Under the pieces are notes generated by a model. It saw only the letters and a list, made by a program, of their open reading frames with translations. It was not told the origin of the DNA and did not search any database. From Rhodospirillaceae bacterium (lineage in GTDB: Bacteria > Pseudomonadota > Alphaproteobacteria > Reyranellales > JAQSWP01), in contig JBDZUM010000004.1 of assembly GCA_040255215.1 (NCBI GenBank), positions 4,093 through 68,092 on the forward strand: a stretch of DNA of 64,000 bases, read 5' to 3'. Every line of letters starts with the position of its first letter. Position 1 is the stretch's first letter. A program made the translations under genes and the position numbers. Positions 34,140 to 46,874 of the stretch are shown piece by piece.

Positions 34140-36467
34140 CTAAGCGATCTTCACCGGCGACTGCCTGTCCGTCGCGTTCGAAGCCTGCAGGGCTTCTGCC
34201 TGTGCCCGGCGGAATACCAGGGAAACCCTCGCCCCGCCGCCTTCGCGATCTTCCAGTACCAGATATCCGCCGTGGTCTTCCATAATCTTTTTGACGATCG
34301 CCAGGCCCAGCCCGGTGCCCTTGGCGCGGGTGGTGACGTAGGGTTCGGTCAGCCTGGCGCGGTGTTCGGCCGGCAGGCCGCGGCCGTTGTCCTCGATCTC
34401 GATGACGACGTTCTCGCCCTCCTCCCGAAGTCGCACCGAGATCGCGCCCGGCGGCAGCACGACGCCCGGCTCCGCCTCGCGCCCCTCGATCGCTTCGGCG
34501 GCGTTCTTCAGCAGGTTGGTCAGCGCCTGGCCGATCTGCCGCCGGTCGATCGGCAACACCAGCCCGTGCTCGGGCATGCTGGTGCTGTATTCGATCTGCG
34601 GCTGGGCATTGCGCTGCAGGAACACCGACTGCAGGCAGATTTCCTTCAACTCTTCCGCCTGCATCACCGGACGCGGCATGCGGGCGAAGGAGGAGAACTC
34701 GTCGACCATGCGGCCGATATCGCCGACCTGGCGGATGATCGTATCGGTGCAGACGGCGAAGGTTTCAGGATCCTCGACGATCTGCCGGCTGTACTTGCGC
34801 TTCAGCCGCTCGGCGGAAAGCTGGATCGGGGTCAGCGGGTTCTTGATCTCGTGCGCGATGCGGCGGGCGACGTCGGCCCAGGCCGCCTTGCGCTGCGCCG
34901 ACAGCAGCTCGGTGATGTCGTCGAACGTGACGACGAAGCCCTCGATGTGTTCGCTGCCCTCGGCGCCGGAGAATTTCTCGACCGCCACCCGCGTCAGCAG
35001 GGTCATGGTCTCGCCGCGGCGGCGGAACTCGATTTCCTCCTGCACGATGCGGGTCGGCCGCAGCCGGCCGAGATCGAGCAGCCCGCCGATCTCCGGCAGG
35101 CGATCCGACAGCAGACTGCCGACCAGCGCCTGCTGCTGCACGTCGAGCAGGTCGAGCGCGGCGCGATTGGCGAGCTCCACCCTGCCCTGGTCGTCCAGGC
35201 TGACGACCGCGGCGCTGACGCCCGACAGCACCGCCTCGATCAGCCGTCGCCGTTCGTCGATCTGGTTGTTGGCGTCGATCAGCTCGCGGCGCTGGTCGCC
35301 GAGCTGCGCGGTCATGCGGTTGAAGGCGCGGCCCAGCATGCCGAGCTCGTTGCCGGCCTCGGTGTCCTCCACCCGCACCTGCAGGTCGCCGCCGCGCACC
35401 CGCTCGGCGGCCCCGATCAGCGCGCTGATCGGCCGCGACAGGCGCTCGGCATAGACCAGCGCGATCCAGACGGCGGCCAGCAGCAGCACCAGCATGATGA
35501 TGACGAAGATTCCGGCGACGCGGATTTGCGCCTCGGTCTGTTGGTTGTCCAGGCGGTCGTAATAGCGGACGATGTCGCGGATGCGGTTGACGTCGCCCAG
35601 CAGCCGCGAATCGACCCGCTGGCTGACGTAAAGGAACACCGATTCCTCGGGGTAGATCAGCAGCAGGGCGCTGATCCGGTCTTCGCGACCGCGCGCCATC
35701 AGAAGCGGTACGCCGCTCATGGCCGTACGCAGATCGGTCAGCGACGGCCGCACGTATTCGGCGTCGACGTTGATCGAACGGCCGCGGGCGATGGGCGAAC
35801 CGAGGCGGTCGATGACGGCCACTTCCGACAGGTCGGTCCGCGCCGCAAAGAGGTTGAGCAGCTGGGTCAGGCGATTGTGGTTCAGGAGTATGTCGGGCCC
35901 TTCGCTGCTCAGTTCGAACGCCATCGGCACGATGCTCTGCTCGAAATTGCGCTGGCGCTCGCGCAAATACGCGTCGGTGACGTTGAGCGCGTTGTCGAGC
36001 GAGGAGCGCACGCGGTCGTTGAACCATTCCTGCAGGCTGGCATTGATCGTGTAGCCGGCGAAGGTCGCGACCAGCACAGTCGGTCCGACCGCCATCATGA
36101 CGAACAGCAGCACCATACGGACGTGCAGGCGGGCGCCGGCCGCGCCACGCCGGCGGGCGGCGAAGGTCATGGCGAGGCGCGCGGCAATCATGCCGGCCAG
36201 CAGCACCACGACGGCGAGATCCGTCCACAGCAGCACCGGCAGGACCTGCGAGCGCGGGAACGTTTCGGACATGATGCCGGTGAACACGGCATAAGTGGCG
36301 CCGCCCGCCAGGACCGCGATGACGCCGACCACCACGGTGCCGGCGGTTCCGAACGCGATGCGTACGGCCCTGCGCAGAAAGACATACGCCGGCGAAACCG
36401 GCGTGGCGATGGTCATGCGGGCGTCTCTCCCGGCCGCTGCGACTGTCCAAAATGGCAGCCGGTCCAA
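34140..36467 (-). CDS. ntrY: sensor histidine kinase NtrY
   Basis: N-terminal TM segments, HAMP, PAS, the H-box HEIKNPLTPI and an ATP-binding domain. An alternative start lies at 36416. Confidence 0.9.
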   Translation of the reverse strand: MDRLPFWTVAAAGRDARMTIATPVSPAYVFLRRAVRIAFGTAGTVVVGVIAVLAGGATYAVFTGIMSETFPRSQVLPVLLWTDLAVVVLLAGMIAARLAMTFAARRRGAAGARLHVRMVLLFVMMAVGPTVLVATFAGYTINASLQEWFNDRVRSSLDNALNVTDAYLRERQRNFEQSIVPMAFELSSEGPDILLNHNRLTQLLNLFAARTDLSEVAVIDRLGSPIARGRSINVDAEYVRPSLTDLRTAMSGVPLLMARGREDRISALLLIYPEESVFLYVSQRVDSRLLGDVNRIRDIVRYYDRLDNQQTEAQIRVAGIFVIIMLVLLLAAVWIALVYAERLSRPISALIGAAERVRGGDLQVRVEDTEAGNELGMLGRAFNRMTAQLGDQRRELIDANNQIDERRRLIEAVLSGVSAAVVSLDDQGRVELANRAALDLLDVQQQALVGSLLSDRLPEIGGLLDLGRLRPTRIVQEEIEFRRRGETMTLLTRVAVEKFSGAEGSEHIEGFVVTFDDITELLSAQRKAAWADVARRIAHEIKNPLTPIQLSAERLKRKYSRQIVEDPETFAVCTDTIIRQVGDIGRMVDEFSSFARMPRPVMQAEELKEICLQSVFLQRNAQPQIEYSTSMPEHGLVLPIDRRQIGQALTNLLKNAAEAIEGREAEPGVVLPPGAISVRLREEGENVVIEIEDNGRGLPAEHRARLTEPYVTTRAKGTGLGLAIVKKIMEDHGGYLVLEDREGGGARVSLVFRRAQAEALQASNATDRQSPVKIA

Positions 36468-36482
36468 GGCGGTAGCGCCAGT

Positions 36483-37930
<1,448 letters not shown>

Positions 37931-37934
<4 letters not shown>

Positions 37935-39073
37935 GCATGCCTGCCCGATCCCTCGCCGGCGCGCCCGCGCCGGCCCGTTTCCGAATAGACCGGCAGCATT
38001 ACGTTGAAGACCGTGCGCCGGGGTTCGCTGTCGAATTCGATGACGCCGCCATGGTCGTTGACGATCTTCGCCACCAGCGCCAGCCCCAGGCCACGGCCGT
38101 TCGGCTTGCTGGTGATGAAGGCGTCGAACAGATGCGGCCGCAGCTCGTCGGAAATGCCGGGGCCGTTGTCCGTCACCTGCACCGACAGCGGCAGGTGGAC
38201 GCGCTGGCGCGTGCCGGGCAGCGCCAGCCGCACGCCCTGGCGATAGGCCGTCGACAGCACGATTTCAGCGCCCGGATCGGGGTTCGCCTCGGAAGCGTTT
38301 TTCACGAGATTGAGGAAAACCTGCACCAGCTGGTCGCGATTGCCGAACACCGCCGGCAGCGACGGATCGTAGGTCTCGACGAAACGTACGTGCCGGCCGA
38401 AGCCGTTCTGCGCCACCTTGCGGACGTGTCCCAGCACCTGATGGATGTTGACCGGTTCTCGTTCGATCGGCCGGCCGTCGGCGAACTCCTCCATGCGGTC
38501 GACCAGCGCGCAGATGCGGTCGGTTTCCTCGCAGATCAATTGGGTCAGCTCGCGATCGGCGTCGGGCACGTATTGCTCGAGCAGCTGCGCGGCGCCGCGA
38601 ATGCCCGACAGCGGATTCTTCACCTCGTGCGCCAGCATCGCCGCCATGGCGGTGACCGAACGGGCGGCGTTGCGGTGGAAGAGCTGCTGGTCGATCTTGC
38701 GCGCGATCGAGGATTCCCGCAGCACGATCGCCGTATTGCCCTCGCCGTCCGAGATCGGGCAAAGATGCAGCGAGGCGAAACGGCTGCCAATGCGCGGCGA
38801 GGACAGGGTGACGCCGTTCTCCGCCACTGTGGCGCCGCTTTGCGCCACCTGGTCGAGCAGCGCGAAAAGCGGCGAATCGGCCGGTACGAATTCGCGCAGG
38901 TCGTGGCCGATCATCAGGGTCAGGCCGGTGCCGAAGAACTGCTCGGCGGCGGGATTGGCATATTCGATGACGGCGTCGCGATCGACGACGATCACCGCAT
39001 CGGCAAGCGCCCCAAGGATCGACGCCGTCTGCAGCCCCTTTGACTTCGAATTCAGCGCTGCACCCGGCGGCAT
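37931..39073 (-). CDS. ntrB: nitrogen regulation sensor kinase NtrB
   Basis: The ATG at 39073 gives [10 protein letters not shown]... PAS domain, H-box [14 protein letters not shown], and the N/G boxes. It is the 3' part of the 502-aa track ORF. Confidence 0.9.
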
Positions 39074-39077
39074 GGCG

Positions 39078-40082
39078 TCAGGCCGCCTGCCGTTCGATCG
39101 CCGGCAGGAAGAAGCCAGCCAGGTGCCGGCGGACTTCCTGCGGATCGGAGAGCCGGTTGACGGTGGCGCGGAACCCTGCCGCGTCGGGAAGCCCCTTGGA
39201 ATACCAGCCGAGATGCTTGCGCGCCATGCGTACGCCGGTCTCGATCCCGTAATGGTCGAGCATGTCCTCGTAATGGCCGAGCACGATGCCGTATTGCTGC
39301 GCCAGGCTGGGGTCCGGCAGCCGTTCGCCGGTGCGCAGGAACGTGGCGACCTGCTGCAGGAACCACGGCCGCCCGTAGGCGCCGCGGCCGACCATGACGC
39401 CGTCGGCACCGGATTGGCGCAGCGCCTCGGCCGCGTCATCGACGCCGACGATGTCGCCGTTGACGATCACCGGAATCTTCACCGCTTCCTTGACCTGGCG
39501 GACGAAGGCCCAATCCGCCCTGCCCTCGTAGAACTGGCAGCGCGTGCGGCCATGAACGGTCACCAGCTTGATGCCCGACTGCTCGGCGATGCGGGCCAGC
39601 GCCGGCGCGTTGCGGTTCTTCTCGTCCCAGCCCGTGCGCATCTTGAGGGTCACCGGAACCTTCACGGCGTTGACGGTCGCCTCGAGAATGCGCGCGGCAT
39701 GGCATTCGTCGCGCATCAGCGCCGAGCCGGCGTGGCCGTTGACGACCTTCTTCACCGGGCAACCGAAATTGATGTCGATGATGGCCGCGCCGCGATCCTC
39801 GTTCAGACGCGCCGCTTCGGCCATCACCGCCGGCTCGCAGCCGGCGAGCTGCACCGACATGGGAAACTCTTCGGCGCAATTGCTGGCCATCTTCATCGTG
39901 CGCTTGGTGGCGCGGATCATCGCCTCGCTGGCGATCATTTCGGACACGACCAGACCGGCGCCCGCCCGCTTCACCAGCCGGCGGAACGGCATATCGGTGA
40001 CGCCCGACATCGGCGCCAGGATCACGGGATCGGCCAAAGTGACCGGTCCAATGGATATGCTATTTTCTTGTGCAGTTTTCAT
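39078..40082 (-). CDS. dusB: tRNA-dihydrouridine synthase B (NifR3)
   Basis: [13 protein letters not shown] and [12 protein letters not shown]. The start is ATG 40082 or 40130. Confidence 0.92.
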   Translation of the reverse strand: MKTAQENSISIGPVTLADPVILAPMSGVTDMPFRRLVKRAGAGLVVSEMIASEAMIRATKRTMKMASNCAEEFPMSVQLAGCEPAVMAEAARLNEDRGAAIIDINFGCPVKKVVNGHAGSALMRDECHAARILEATVNAVKVPVTLKMRTGWDEKNRNAPALARIAEQSGIKLVTVHGRTRCQFYEGRADWAFVRQVKEAVKIPVIVNGDIVGVDDAAEALRQSGADGVMVGRGAYGRPWFLQQVATFLRTGERLPDPSLAQQYGIVLGHYEDMLDHYGIETGVRMARKHLGWYSKGLPDAAGFRATVNRLSDPQEVRRHLAGFFLPAIERQAA

Positions 40083-40250
40083 GTTGCTCAATTCTTGGTC
40101 ATTTATGGCCGATTTCGTTTCGGCCTGCAAAGGAAATGTTGCACCGCACCCGGGCCGTTTCCTCTATCCGCTACCGGGCCGGATTTCCACCGTTTCCGCC
40201 CGGTCTCATGCTAAACCCGCCGGGGTTTCTCCTCAGCCTGGTTCGGTGCC

Positions 40251-41441
40251 ATGTCCGGATGCATCGCGCTGCTGGTGGCTGCCGGATCGGGCAGCCGCAT
40301 GGGCGGCGATCTGCCGAAGCAATATACGCCGGTTTGCGGCAAACCGATGCTGCGCTGGACGGTCGAGCGCACCCTGGCGACCGGCGCCTTCGACGATGTC
40401 GTTTGCGTCATCGGCGATGGCCATGACGATCTCTACGGTGCGGCCACGGTCGGTCTGGCGCTCGCGGCGCCGATTCGCGGAGGCGCCACGCGACGCGAGA
40501 GCGTTCGCAATGGCCTCGAAGCATTGGCCGAGCGCGCGCCCGCCATCGTGTCGATCCAGGATGCGGCGCGGCCGCTGGTCGATGGAGCCGAGACGCGTCT
40601 GCTGGTCGACCATGTGCGCGCCGGTGCGGCGGGCGCCATTGCCGCCCTGCCGGTGGTTGACACGCTCAAGCGCGGCGACGGCCGTATTGCGGGAACGGTA
40701 TCGCGCGAAAACCTCTGGCGGGCGCAGACGCCGCAGGTTTTCGACTTTGCGGCCATCCTGGGCGCCCATCGCGCTGCTGCCCAGTTGCCGGCGACGCAGC
40801 GGGAAGTGCTCACCGACGATGCCGGCGTCGCCGAACTGGCCGGCCTCGAGGTGGCGCTGGTGCCTGGACGCGAGGAGAACTTCAAAATCACGACGCAGGC
40901 CGATCTGCAGCGCCTGGAGTTTCTGCTGATGCCGACATCCACTCCCGAGACTCGCACCGGCAGCGGCTTCGACGTCCATGCCTTCGGGCCAGGCGATCAC
41001 GTCATGCTGGGCGGGGTGCGCATTGCTCATGGCCAGGCCCTGGTCGGCCATTCCGACGCGGACGTGGCGCTGCATGCGCTGACCGATGCGTTGCTTGGCG
41101 CCATGGGCGCCGGCGATATCGGCCAGCACTTCCCGCCCTCCGATCCGCAATGGAAAGGCGCCGGCTCGGCGCTGTTCCTGCGGCACGCGGCCGATCTGCT
41201 GGCGCGCCGCGGCGGGCGGCTGGTCAATGCCGACATTACCATCGTGTGCGAGCGCCCCAAGGTCGGGCCGCACCGCGCCGCCATCGTCGCTTCTATCGCG
41301 GGAATCCTGGGCGTCGCGGCCGGCCGGATCAGTGTCAAGGCGACCACGACCGAGGGGCTGGGCTTTACCGGCCGTGGCGAAGGTATTGCCGTTCAGGCCG
41401 TCGTTTCTGTTACGCTTCCGCCGGGAGAACCGGGGGACTAG
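40251..41441 (+). CDS. ispDF: bifunctional IspD/IspF (MEP cytidylyltransferase and MEcPP synthase)
   Basis: The N-terminus [12 protein letters not shown] (IspD) and the C-terminal half GSGFDVHAF...[11 protein letters not shown] (IspF). Confidence 0.93.
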   Translation: MSGCIALLVAAGSGSRMGGDLPKQYTPVCGKPMLRWTVERTLATGAFDDVVCVIGDGHDDLYGAATVGLALAAPIRGGATRRESVRNGLEALAERAPAIVSIQDAARPLVDGAETRLLVDHVRAGAAGAIAALPVVDTLKRGDGRIAGTVSRENLWRAQTPQVFDFAAILGAHRAAAQLPATQREVLTDDAGVAELAGLEVALVPGREENFKITTQADLQRLEFLLMPTSTPETRTGSGFDVHAFGPGDHVMLGGVRIAHGQALVGHSDADVALHALTDALLGAMGAGDIGQHFPPSDPQWKGAGSALFLRHAADLLARRGGRLVNADITIVCERPKVGPHRAAIVASIAGILGVAAGRISVKATTTEGLGFTGRGEGIAVQAVVSVTLPPGEPGD

Positions 41442-41444
41442 GGA

Positions 41445-41957
41445 ATGGACCAGACCGAGGCCGCGCCTGGCTTGCAGGAGACCCTGCGCGAACTGGTCGG
41501 CGAACTGCTCGCCGCCTGCCGCCAGCGCAAGCTCAAGCTGACCACCGCCGAGTCGTGCACCGGCGGCCTGGTGGCGGCGGCCCTGACCGCGGTGGCCGGA
41601 TCGTCGGCTGCATTCGAGCGCGGCTTCGTCACCTACTCCAACGAGGCCAAGACGGAAATTCTCGGCGTACCCAAGACCATGATCGACCGGCATGGCGCGG
41701 TCAGCGAGCCGGTGGCGCGCGCCATGGCCGAAGGCGCCATCGCCCACTCGCGCGCCGATCTCGCCGTGGCGATTACCGGTGTCGCCGGGCCCGACGGCGG
41801 CACGGCGGAAAAGCCGGTTGGCCTGGTGCACTTCGCGACCGCGCGGCGCGGCGGCGCCACGCTTGCGGAGATGCGGCTGTTTCCGGGCGACCGCGACAGC
41901 ATCCGAATCGCCGCCGTGGCGGCGGCGCTGCGGCTGATCGTCGGCCGGCTGGACTGA
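41445..41957 (+). CDS. CinA-family nicotinamide-nucleotide amidohydrolase (PncC domain)
   Basis: TTAESCTGGL and AITGVAGP. Confidence 0.88.
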   Translation: MDQTEAAPGLQETLRELVGELLAACRQRKLKLTTAESCTGGLVAAALTAVAGSSAAFERGFVTYSNEAKTEILGVPKTMIDRHGAVSEPVARAMAEGAIAHSRADLAVAITGVAGPDGGTAEKPVGLVHFATARRGGATLAEMRLFPGDRDSIRIAAVAAALRLIVGRLD

Positions 41958-41969
41958 GCGAAAAACCGC

Positions 41970-42285
41970 TCAGCGGCGGGCGATACGATCCTCGATGACG
42001 GCGCGGTCGTTGCCCTTGTGGCGCAGGATCTCCGCCGCCTGGCGGTTCAAGGCGTCGGTTGCGGACCATTCCCCATCGCAGATGAAGACGCCGCTGCCGT
42101 CATAGGCCTTGTGCGAATAGAAGCCGTTGGCCAGGCGCACCAGCACGATGCGCGATATCTCGTTGGCATGCGCGGTGATGGTGCATTCGTCCTTGGCCAC
42201 GGCGCCCTTGCCCGCCTGCGCGGCGGCCGGCCCGGCAAGGCCCATGGCCAGCAGGCCGCACAGAATGAAGAATCCAGTCTTCACA
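41970..42285 (-). CDS. small exported hypothetical protein
   Basis: The GTG at 42285 gives the signal peptide VKTGFFILCGLLAMGLAGPAAAQA. The track ORF starts at 42347. Confidence 0.5.
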
Positions 42286-42347
42286 GGCTCTTCCCCCCTC
42301 GTGCTGACATTTGGCTGGAATATAGGCGAGGCCGCCCGCGGCCACAA

Positions 42348-42800
42348 CTAAGGCCGGGAGTCGCCGTAGAGCCGGTGCGCCCTCGTCTCGAAGGACTGCA
42401 CCATGCGCCTTACCGCCTCGTTGAACAGCATCTCGATCGCCTTCTGCAGCAGGCGCGAGCGGAACTCGAAATCGACGTAGAAGTCGATCTCGCAGCCCTG
42501 CGGATGGGACCGGAAGATCCAATGATTGTTGAGATACTTGAACGGCCCGTCGGCATAGGCGACGTCGATGCGCGGCCCGTCCGGATTGTCCGGAGACAGG
42601 GTGACGCGCGAGGTGAAGCGCTCGCGGAACATGCGGAAGCCGACCATCAGGTCGGCGACGATCAGATCGTCGCGCCGCTCGCGCACCCGCGCGCCGACGC
42701 ACCACGGCAGGAATTCGGGATAGCGCTCGACGTCGGCCACGAGATCATAGAGCTGTTGCGGCGTATAGGGGACGACCCGCCTCTCGGCGTGCGTTGGCAT
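42348..42800 (-). CDS. SRPBCC/START-fold protein (RatA / COQ10 family)
   Basis: YDLVADVERYPEFLPWC. It is the conserved neighbour of lipA. Confidence 0.85.
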   Translation of the reverse strand: MPTHAERRVVPYTPQQLYDLVADVERYPEFLPWCVGARVRERRDDLIVADLMVGFRMFRERFTSRVTLSPDNPDGPRIDVAYADGPFKYLNNHWIFRSHPQGCEIDFYVDFEFRSRLLQKAIEMLFNEAVRRMVQSFETRAHRLYGDSRP

Positions 42801-42816
42801 GCCAGCGAACTCCGGA

Positions 42817-43776
42817 TCAGCGCGCGGCCAGCCTGGCCTGTCGCGCCGCCCGCAGCCGCTCGAAATCGTCGCCGGCGTGGTAGCTGGAACGGGTCATCGG
42901 CGAGGCCGAGACCATGAGAAAGCCCTTGGCGCGCGCCACGGAGGCGTAGGCGCGGAATTCGTCGGGCGTCACGAACCGGTCGACCGGCGCATGCTTGGGT
43001 GTGGGCTGCAAGTACTGGCCAATGGTGAGGAAGTCGACGTCGGCGGCGCGCAGGTCGTCCATCACCTGATGCACTTCCTCCTTGCTCTCGCCGAGCCCGA
43101 CCATGATGCCGGACTTGGTGAACAGCGCCGGATCGACCTCCTTGACGGTCTGCAACAGGCGCAGCGACGTGAAGTAGCGCGCTCCCGGCCGGATGGTCGG
43201 GTAGAGCCGCGGCACGGTTTCGAGATTGTGGTTGAACACGTCCGGCCCGGCCTTGGCGACGGCTTCGACGGCGCCCGGCTTGCGCAGGAAATCCGGCGTC
43301 AGGATCTCGACCGTGGTGCCCGGCGCGTGCAGGCGCAGGGCGGCGATGACCGCGGCGAAATGCGCAGCGCCACCATCGGCCAGATCGTCGCGATCGACCG
43401 AGGTGATGACAACGTGATGCAGGCCGAGCTTGCCGACCGCTTCGGCGACGTTCATCGGCTCGTGCGGATTGAGCGCGCCCGGCAGGCCGGTCTTGACGTT
43501 GCAGAAGGCGCAGGCCCGCGTGCAGGTGTCGCCCATGATCATGAAAGTGGCGTGCTTCTGCTTCCAGCACTCGCCGATATTGGGGCAGGCCGCCTCTTCG
43601 CACACGGTGTTGAGGCCGAACTCGCGCACCAGCCGCCTGGTTTCGGCATATTCGGGGGAATTGGGCGCCTTGACCCTGATCCATTCCGGCTTGCGCGCCA
43701 CCGGATTGTCGGGCCGATGGGCCTTTTCCGGGTGGCGGGTGGCGCGGGAAATCGCCGGTTTGTCGATGGCGGTCAT
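42817..43776 (-). CDS. lipA: lipoyl synthase
   Basis: [12 protein letters not shown] and [10 protein letters not shown] cluster motifs. Confidence 0.96.
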   Translation of the reverse strand: MTAIDKPAISRATRHPEKAHRPDNPVARKPEWIRVKAPNSPEYAETRRLVREFGLNTVCEEAACPNIGECWKQKHATFMIMGDTCTRACAFCNVKTGLPGALNPHEPMNVAEAVGKLGLHHVVITSVDRDDLADGGAAHFAAVIAALRLHAPGTTVEILTPDFLRKPGAVEAVAKAGPDVFNHNLETVPRLYPTIRPGARYFTSLRLLQTVKEVDPALFTKSGIMVGLGESKEEVHQVMDDLRAADVDFLTIGQYLQPTPKHAPVDRFVTPDEFRAYASVARAKGFLMVSASPMTRSSYHAGDDFERLRAARQARLAAR

Positions 43777-43779
43777 GGC

Positions 43780-45186
43780 CTAGAAGTGGAGCGCCCGGCC
43801 ATAGGCGTCAAGCACCGATTCGTGCATCATTTCCGACAGCGTCGGATGCGGGAAGACGCTCTGCATCAGCTCGGCTTCGGTGCTTTCCAGGGTGCGGGCG
43901 ATGGAATAGCCCTGGATCAGCTCGGTCACTTCCGCCCCGATCATGTGGGCGCCCAGCAGCTCGCCGGTCTTGGCGTCGAACACCGTCTTGACGAAGCCTT
44001 CCGGCTCGCCCAGTGCGATCGCCTTGCCGTTGCCGATGAAGGGGAATTTGCCGACCTTGACCTGATACCCCTTCTCCTTCGCCGCCGCTTCGGTCAGCCC
44101 GACGCTGGCGACCTGTGGCGTACAATAGGTGCAGCCGGGGATCTTGGTAGTGTCCATGGCGTGCACGCCCTTCACGCCCGCGATCTTCTCGACGCAGATG
44201 ACGCCTTCGTGCATCGCCTTGTGCGCCAGCCAGGGCGGGCCGGCCAGATCGCCGATGGCGTAGATGCCGGGTTCGCCGGTGCGACCGTATTCGTCGATCA
44301 CCACATGCGTCTTCTCGACCTTCACCTTGGTCTTCTCGAGGCCGATATTCTCGACGTTGCCGACGATGCCGACCGCCATGATGACGCGCTCGACCGTGAT
44401 CTCCTCGGTCTTGCCGTCCGGCGCCTTCAAGGTCGCGGTGACGCTGTCGGCGCCTTTCTTCAGCGCCGTGACGCCGGTGCCGGTGCGGATCTTCATGCCC
44501 TGCTTCTCGAAGGCCTTGCGCGCGAAAGCCGAGACCTCGGCATCTTCGACCGGCAGCACGCGATCCATCACCTCGACCACCGTCACTTCCGCGCCCAGCG
44601 TGCGGTAGAAACTGGCGAACTCGATGCCGATGGCGCCGGACCCGATCACCAGCAGCGATTTCGGCATCGTCTCCGGCACCATCGCTTCGCGGTAGGTCCA
44701 GATCAGCTTGCCGTCCGGCTCCATCCCGGGCAGCGACCGTGCCCGCGCTCCGGTCGCCAGCACGATGTGCTTCGCCGACAGGTTCGCCATCGGCTTGCCG
44801 TCCTTGCCGGTGACGGAAAGCTGGCCCTTGCCGGCCAGGGCCGCCGTGCCGTCGAACACGGTGACCTTGTGCTTCTTCATCAGGAACTTGACGCCGTTGG
44901 TTAGCTGGTTCGACACCTTGCGCGAGCGCTCGATGATCTTCTTGAAATCGATCGAAACGCCCTCGACCTTGAAGCCGAAAGCATCGGCGTGCTTGATCAG
45001 CCCGTAGACCTCGGCCGACCGCAGCAGCGCCTTGGTCGGGATGCAGCCCCAGTTCAGGCAGATGCCGCCGAGATTCTCGCGCTCGACCACGGCCGTCTTC
45101 ATGCCGAGCTGCGCCGAGCGGATGGCGGCGACATAGCCGCCCGGCCCGCCGCCGACCACGATCAGATCGAAATTCGTCTCGCTCAT
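43780..45186 (-). CDS. lpdA: dihydrolipoyl dehydrogenase (E3)
   Basis: VVGGGPGGY and the redox-active GGICLNWGCIPTK. Confidence 0.96.
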   Translation of the reverse strand: MSETNFDLIVVGGGPGGYVAAIRSAQLGMKTAVVERENLGGICLNWGCIPTKALLRSAEVYGLIKHADAFGFKVEGVSIDFKKIIERSRKVSNQLTNGVKFLMKKHKVTVFDGTAALAGKGQLSVTGKDGKPMANLSAKHIVLATGARARSLPGMEPDGKLIWTYREAMVPETMPKSLLVIGSGAIGIEFASFYRTLGAEVTVVEVMDRVLPVEDAEVSAFARKAFEKQGMKIRTGTGVTALKKGADSVTATLKAPDGKTEEITVERVIMAVGIVGNVENIGLEKTKVKVEKTHVVIDEYGRTGEPGIYAIGDLAGPPWLAHKAMHEGVICVEKIAGVKGVHAMDTTKIPGCTYCTPQVASVGLTEAAAKEKGYQVKVGKFPFIGNGKAIALGEPEGFVKTVFDAKTGELLGAHMIGAEVTELIQGYSIARTLESTEAELMQSVFPHPTLSEMMHESVLDAYGRALHF

Positions 45187-45199
45187 TCTTCGCTTCTTT

Positions 45200-45559
45200 C
45201 TAGACGTGCTGCAGCTGCGCCACGGTGCGCTCGTTGACGACGTTGCCGGTGTTCAAGGTCGTGTCGGGCTCGAACAGCATTATTTCCGTCTCGCCCTCGG
45301 CCACCGGCATGTGTTCGACCCCGTGCGGCACGATGATGAACTCGCCCGGCTCCACCACCTGCTCGCCGTCGCGGAACTTCATGCGCAGCCGGCCCTTAAC
45401 GACGAAGAACATCTCGTCTTCGGTCTCGTGATGATGCCAGACGAATTCGCCGCTGATCTTGACCAGCTTGACGGCGCAGCCATTGACCTGGCCGACCAGC
45501 TTCGGCGACCAGTGATCGGAGAAGCGGGCGAATTTGTCGGCGAGATTGACGGTCTGCAT
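45200..45559 (-). CDS. cupin domain protein
   Basis: WHHHETEDEMFFVVKG...VPHGVEH cupin motifs. Confidence 0.85.
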   Translation of the reverse strand: MQTVNLADKFARFSDHWSPKLVGQVNGCAVKLVKISGEFVWHHHETEDEMFFVVKGRLRMKFRDGEQVVEPGEFIIVPHGVEHMPVAEGETEIMLFEPDTTLNTGNVVNERTVAQLQHV

Positions 45560-45569
45560 GGCCTGCCTC

Positions 45570-46859
45570 CTAGAGGAACATGGTCGCCGGGCGCTCGATG
45601 TAGTCCTTGAAGCTGCGCAGCCATTCCGCGCCGCGCGCGCCGTCGACGACGCGATGGTCGACCGCCAGGGTGACGCTCATCATGTTGGCGACCACGACCT
45701 CGCCCTTGACCACGATCGCCCGTTGTTCACCCGCGCCGACCGCCAGGATGCAGGATTGCGGCGGGTTGATGATGGCGGAGAATTCCTTGATGCCGTACAT
45801 GCCGAGATTGGACACCGTCATCGAGCCACCCTGGAACTCCTCCAGCTTCAGCTTGCCCTCGCGGGCGCGCTTGGCGAGATCGCGCATCTCGGCCGAGATC
45901 TGCGCCAGCCCCTTCATGTCGGCGTCCTTGACGATCGGCGTGATCAGCCCGCGCTCGGTCGCCACGGCCACCGACACGTCGATGCCGCCATGCATCACCA
46001 TGCCCTCGTCCGACCACGAGGCGTTGACATCGGGATAGTCGCGCAAGGCGACGCCGGCGGCCTTGATGATCAGGTCGTTCACGGAAACCCGTATCTTCTC
46101 CGACTTGCCGTTAAGCTGACGGCGGGCGTCGAGCAGCGCGTCGATGCGGCATTCCACGGTCAGGTAGAAATGCGGGATGTTCTGCTTCGACTCGGTCATG
46201 CGCCGGGCGATGACCTTGCGGATATTGTTGTGCGGTACCAGCGTGTCTTCGCGCGAACGGGCGAATTGCGGCGCGCCCGGACGCGGCCCGGCCGCCTGTG
46301 GCGCCGGCGCAGCCTTTGCCTGACCGCCCTTGGCCGCCGCCTCGACATCGGCCTTCACGATCCGTCCGTTGGGGCCGCTGCCGGCAATACGCGCCAGATC
46401 GAGGCCGCCCTGTTCCGCCAGTCGCCTGGCCAGGGGACTGGCGAAGATGCGGCCGCCCTTCTCGCTCTTGGCGGCGGGCGGTGGGGCTGCCGGTCTCGGT
46501 GCGGCAGCGGGTTCGGGCTTGGCTTCAGGCTTCGCCGCTTCGGCCGTCGGTTCGGGCTTGTCCGCAGGTTTGGCGGCGGGAGCCGGCGCGGCATCCTTGA
46601 TGGCGGAAGCGTCCTCGCCCTCTTCCAGCAGCACGGCGATCGGCGTGTTGACCGCAACGCCCTCGGTCCCTTCGGCGATCAGAATCTTGCCGATCGTGCC
46701 CTCGTCGACCGCTTCGACTTCCATCGTCGCCTTGTCGGTCTCGATCTCGCACAGCACCTGGCCGGCCTTCACGACGTCGCCTTCCTTGACGTGCCACTTG
46801 GCCAGCTTGCCTTCGGTCATGGTCGGCGACAGCGCCGGCATCAGAATGGGGATGGTCAT
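45570..46859 (-). CDS. pdhC: pyruvate dehydrogenase E2, dihydrolipoamide acetyltransferase
   Basis: Lipoyl domain ([13 protein letters not shown]), Pro/Ala linker, E3-binding domain, and catalytic DHRVVDG. Confidence 0.95.
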   Translation of the reverse strand: MTIPILMPALSPTMTEGKLAKWHVKEGDVVKAGQVLCEIETDKATMEVEAVDEGTIGKILIAEGTEGVAVNTPIAVLLEEGEDASAIKDAAPAPAAKPADKPEPTAEAAKPEAKPEPAAAPRPAAPPPAAKSEKGGRIFASPLARRLAEQGGLDLARIAGSGPNGRIVKADVEAAAKGGQAKAAPAPQAAGPRPGAPQFARSREDTLVPHNNIRKVIARRMTESKQNIPHFYLTVECRIDALLDARRQLNGKSEKIRVSVNDLIIKAAGVALRDYPDVNASWSDEGMVMHGGIDVSVAVATERGLITPIVKDADMKGLAQISAEMRDLAKRAREGKLKLEEFQGGSMTVSNLGMYGIKEFSAIINPPQSCILAVGAGEQRAIVVKGEVVVANMMSVTLAVDHRVVDGARGAEWLRSFKDYIERPATMFL

Positions 46860-46874
46860 AGCATGGCCCTCCCG

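Noticed and set aside
42348-42800. A RatA-family gene as a type II toxin-antitoxin system.
   Set aside because: There is no small partner ORF. The gene is the conserved SRPBCC/COQ10-like neighbour of lipA found across Alphaproteobacteria, so a mobile TA module is unlikely.
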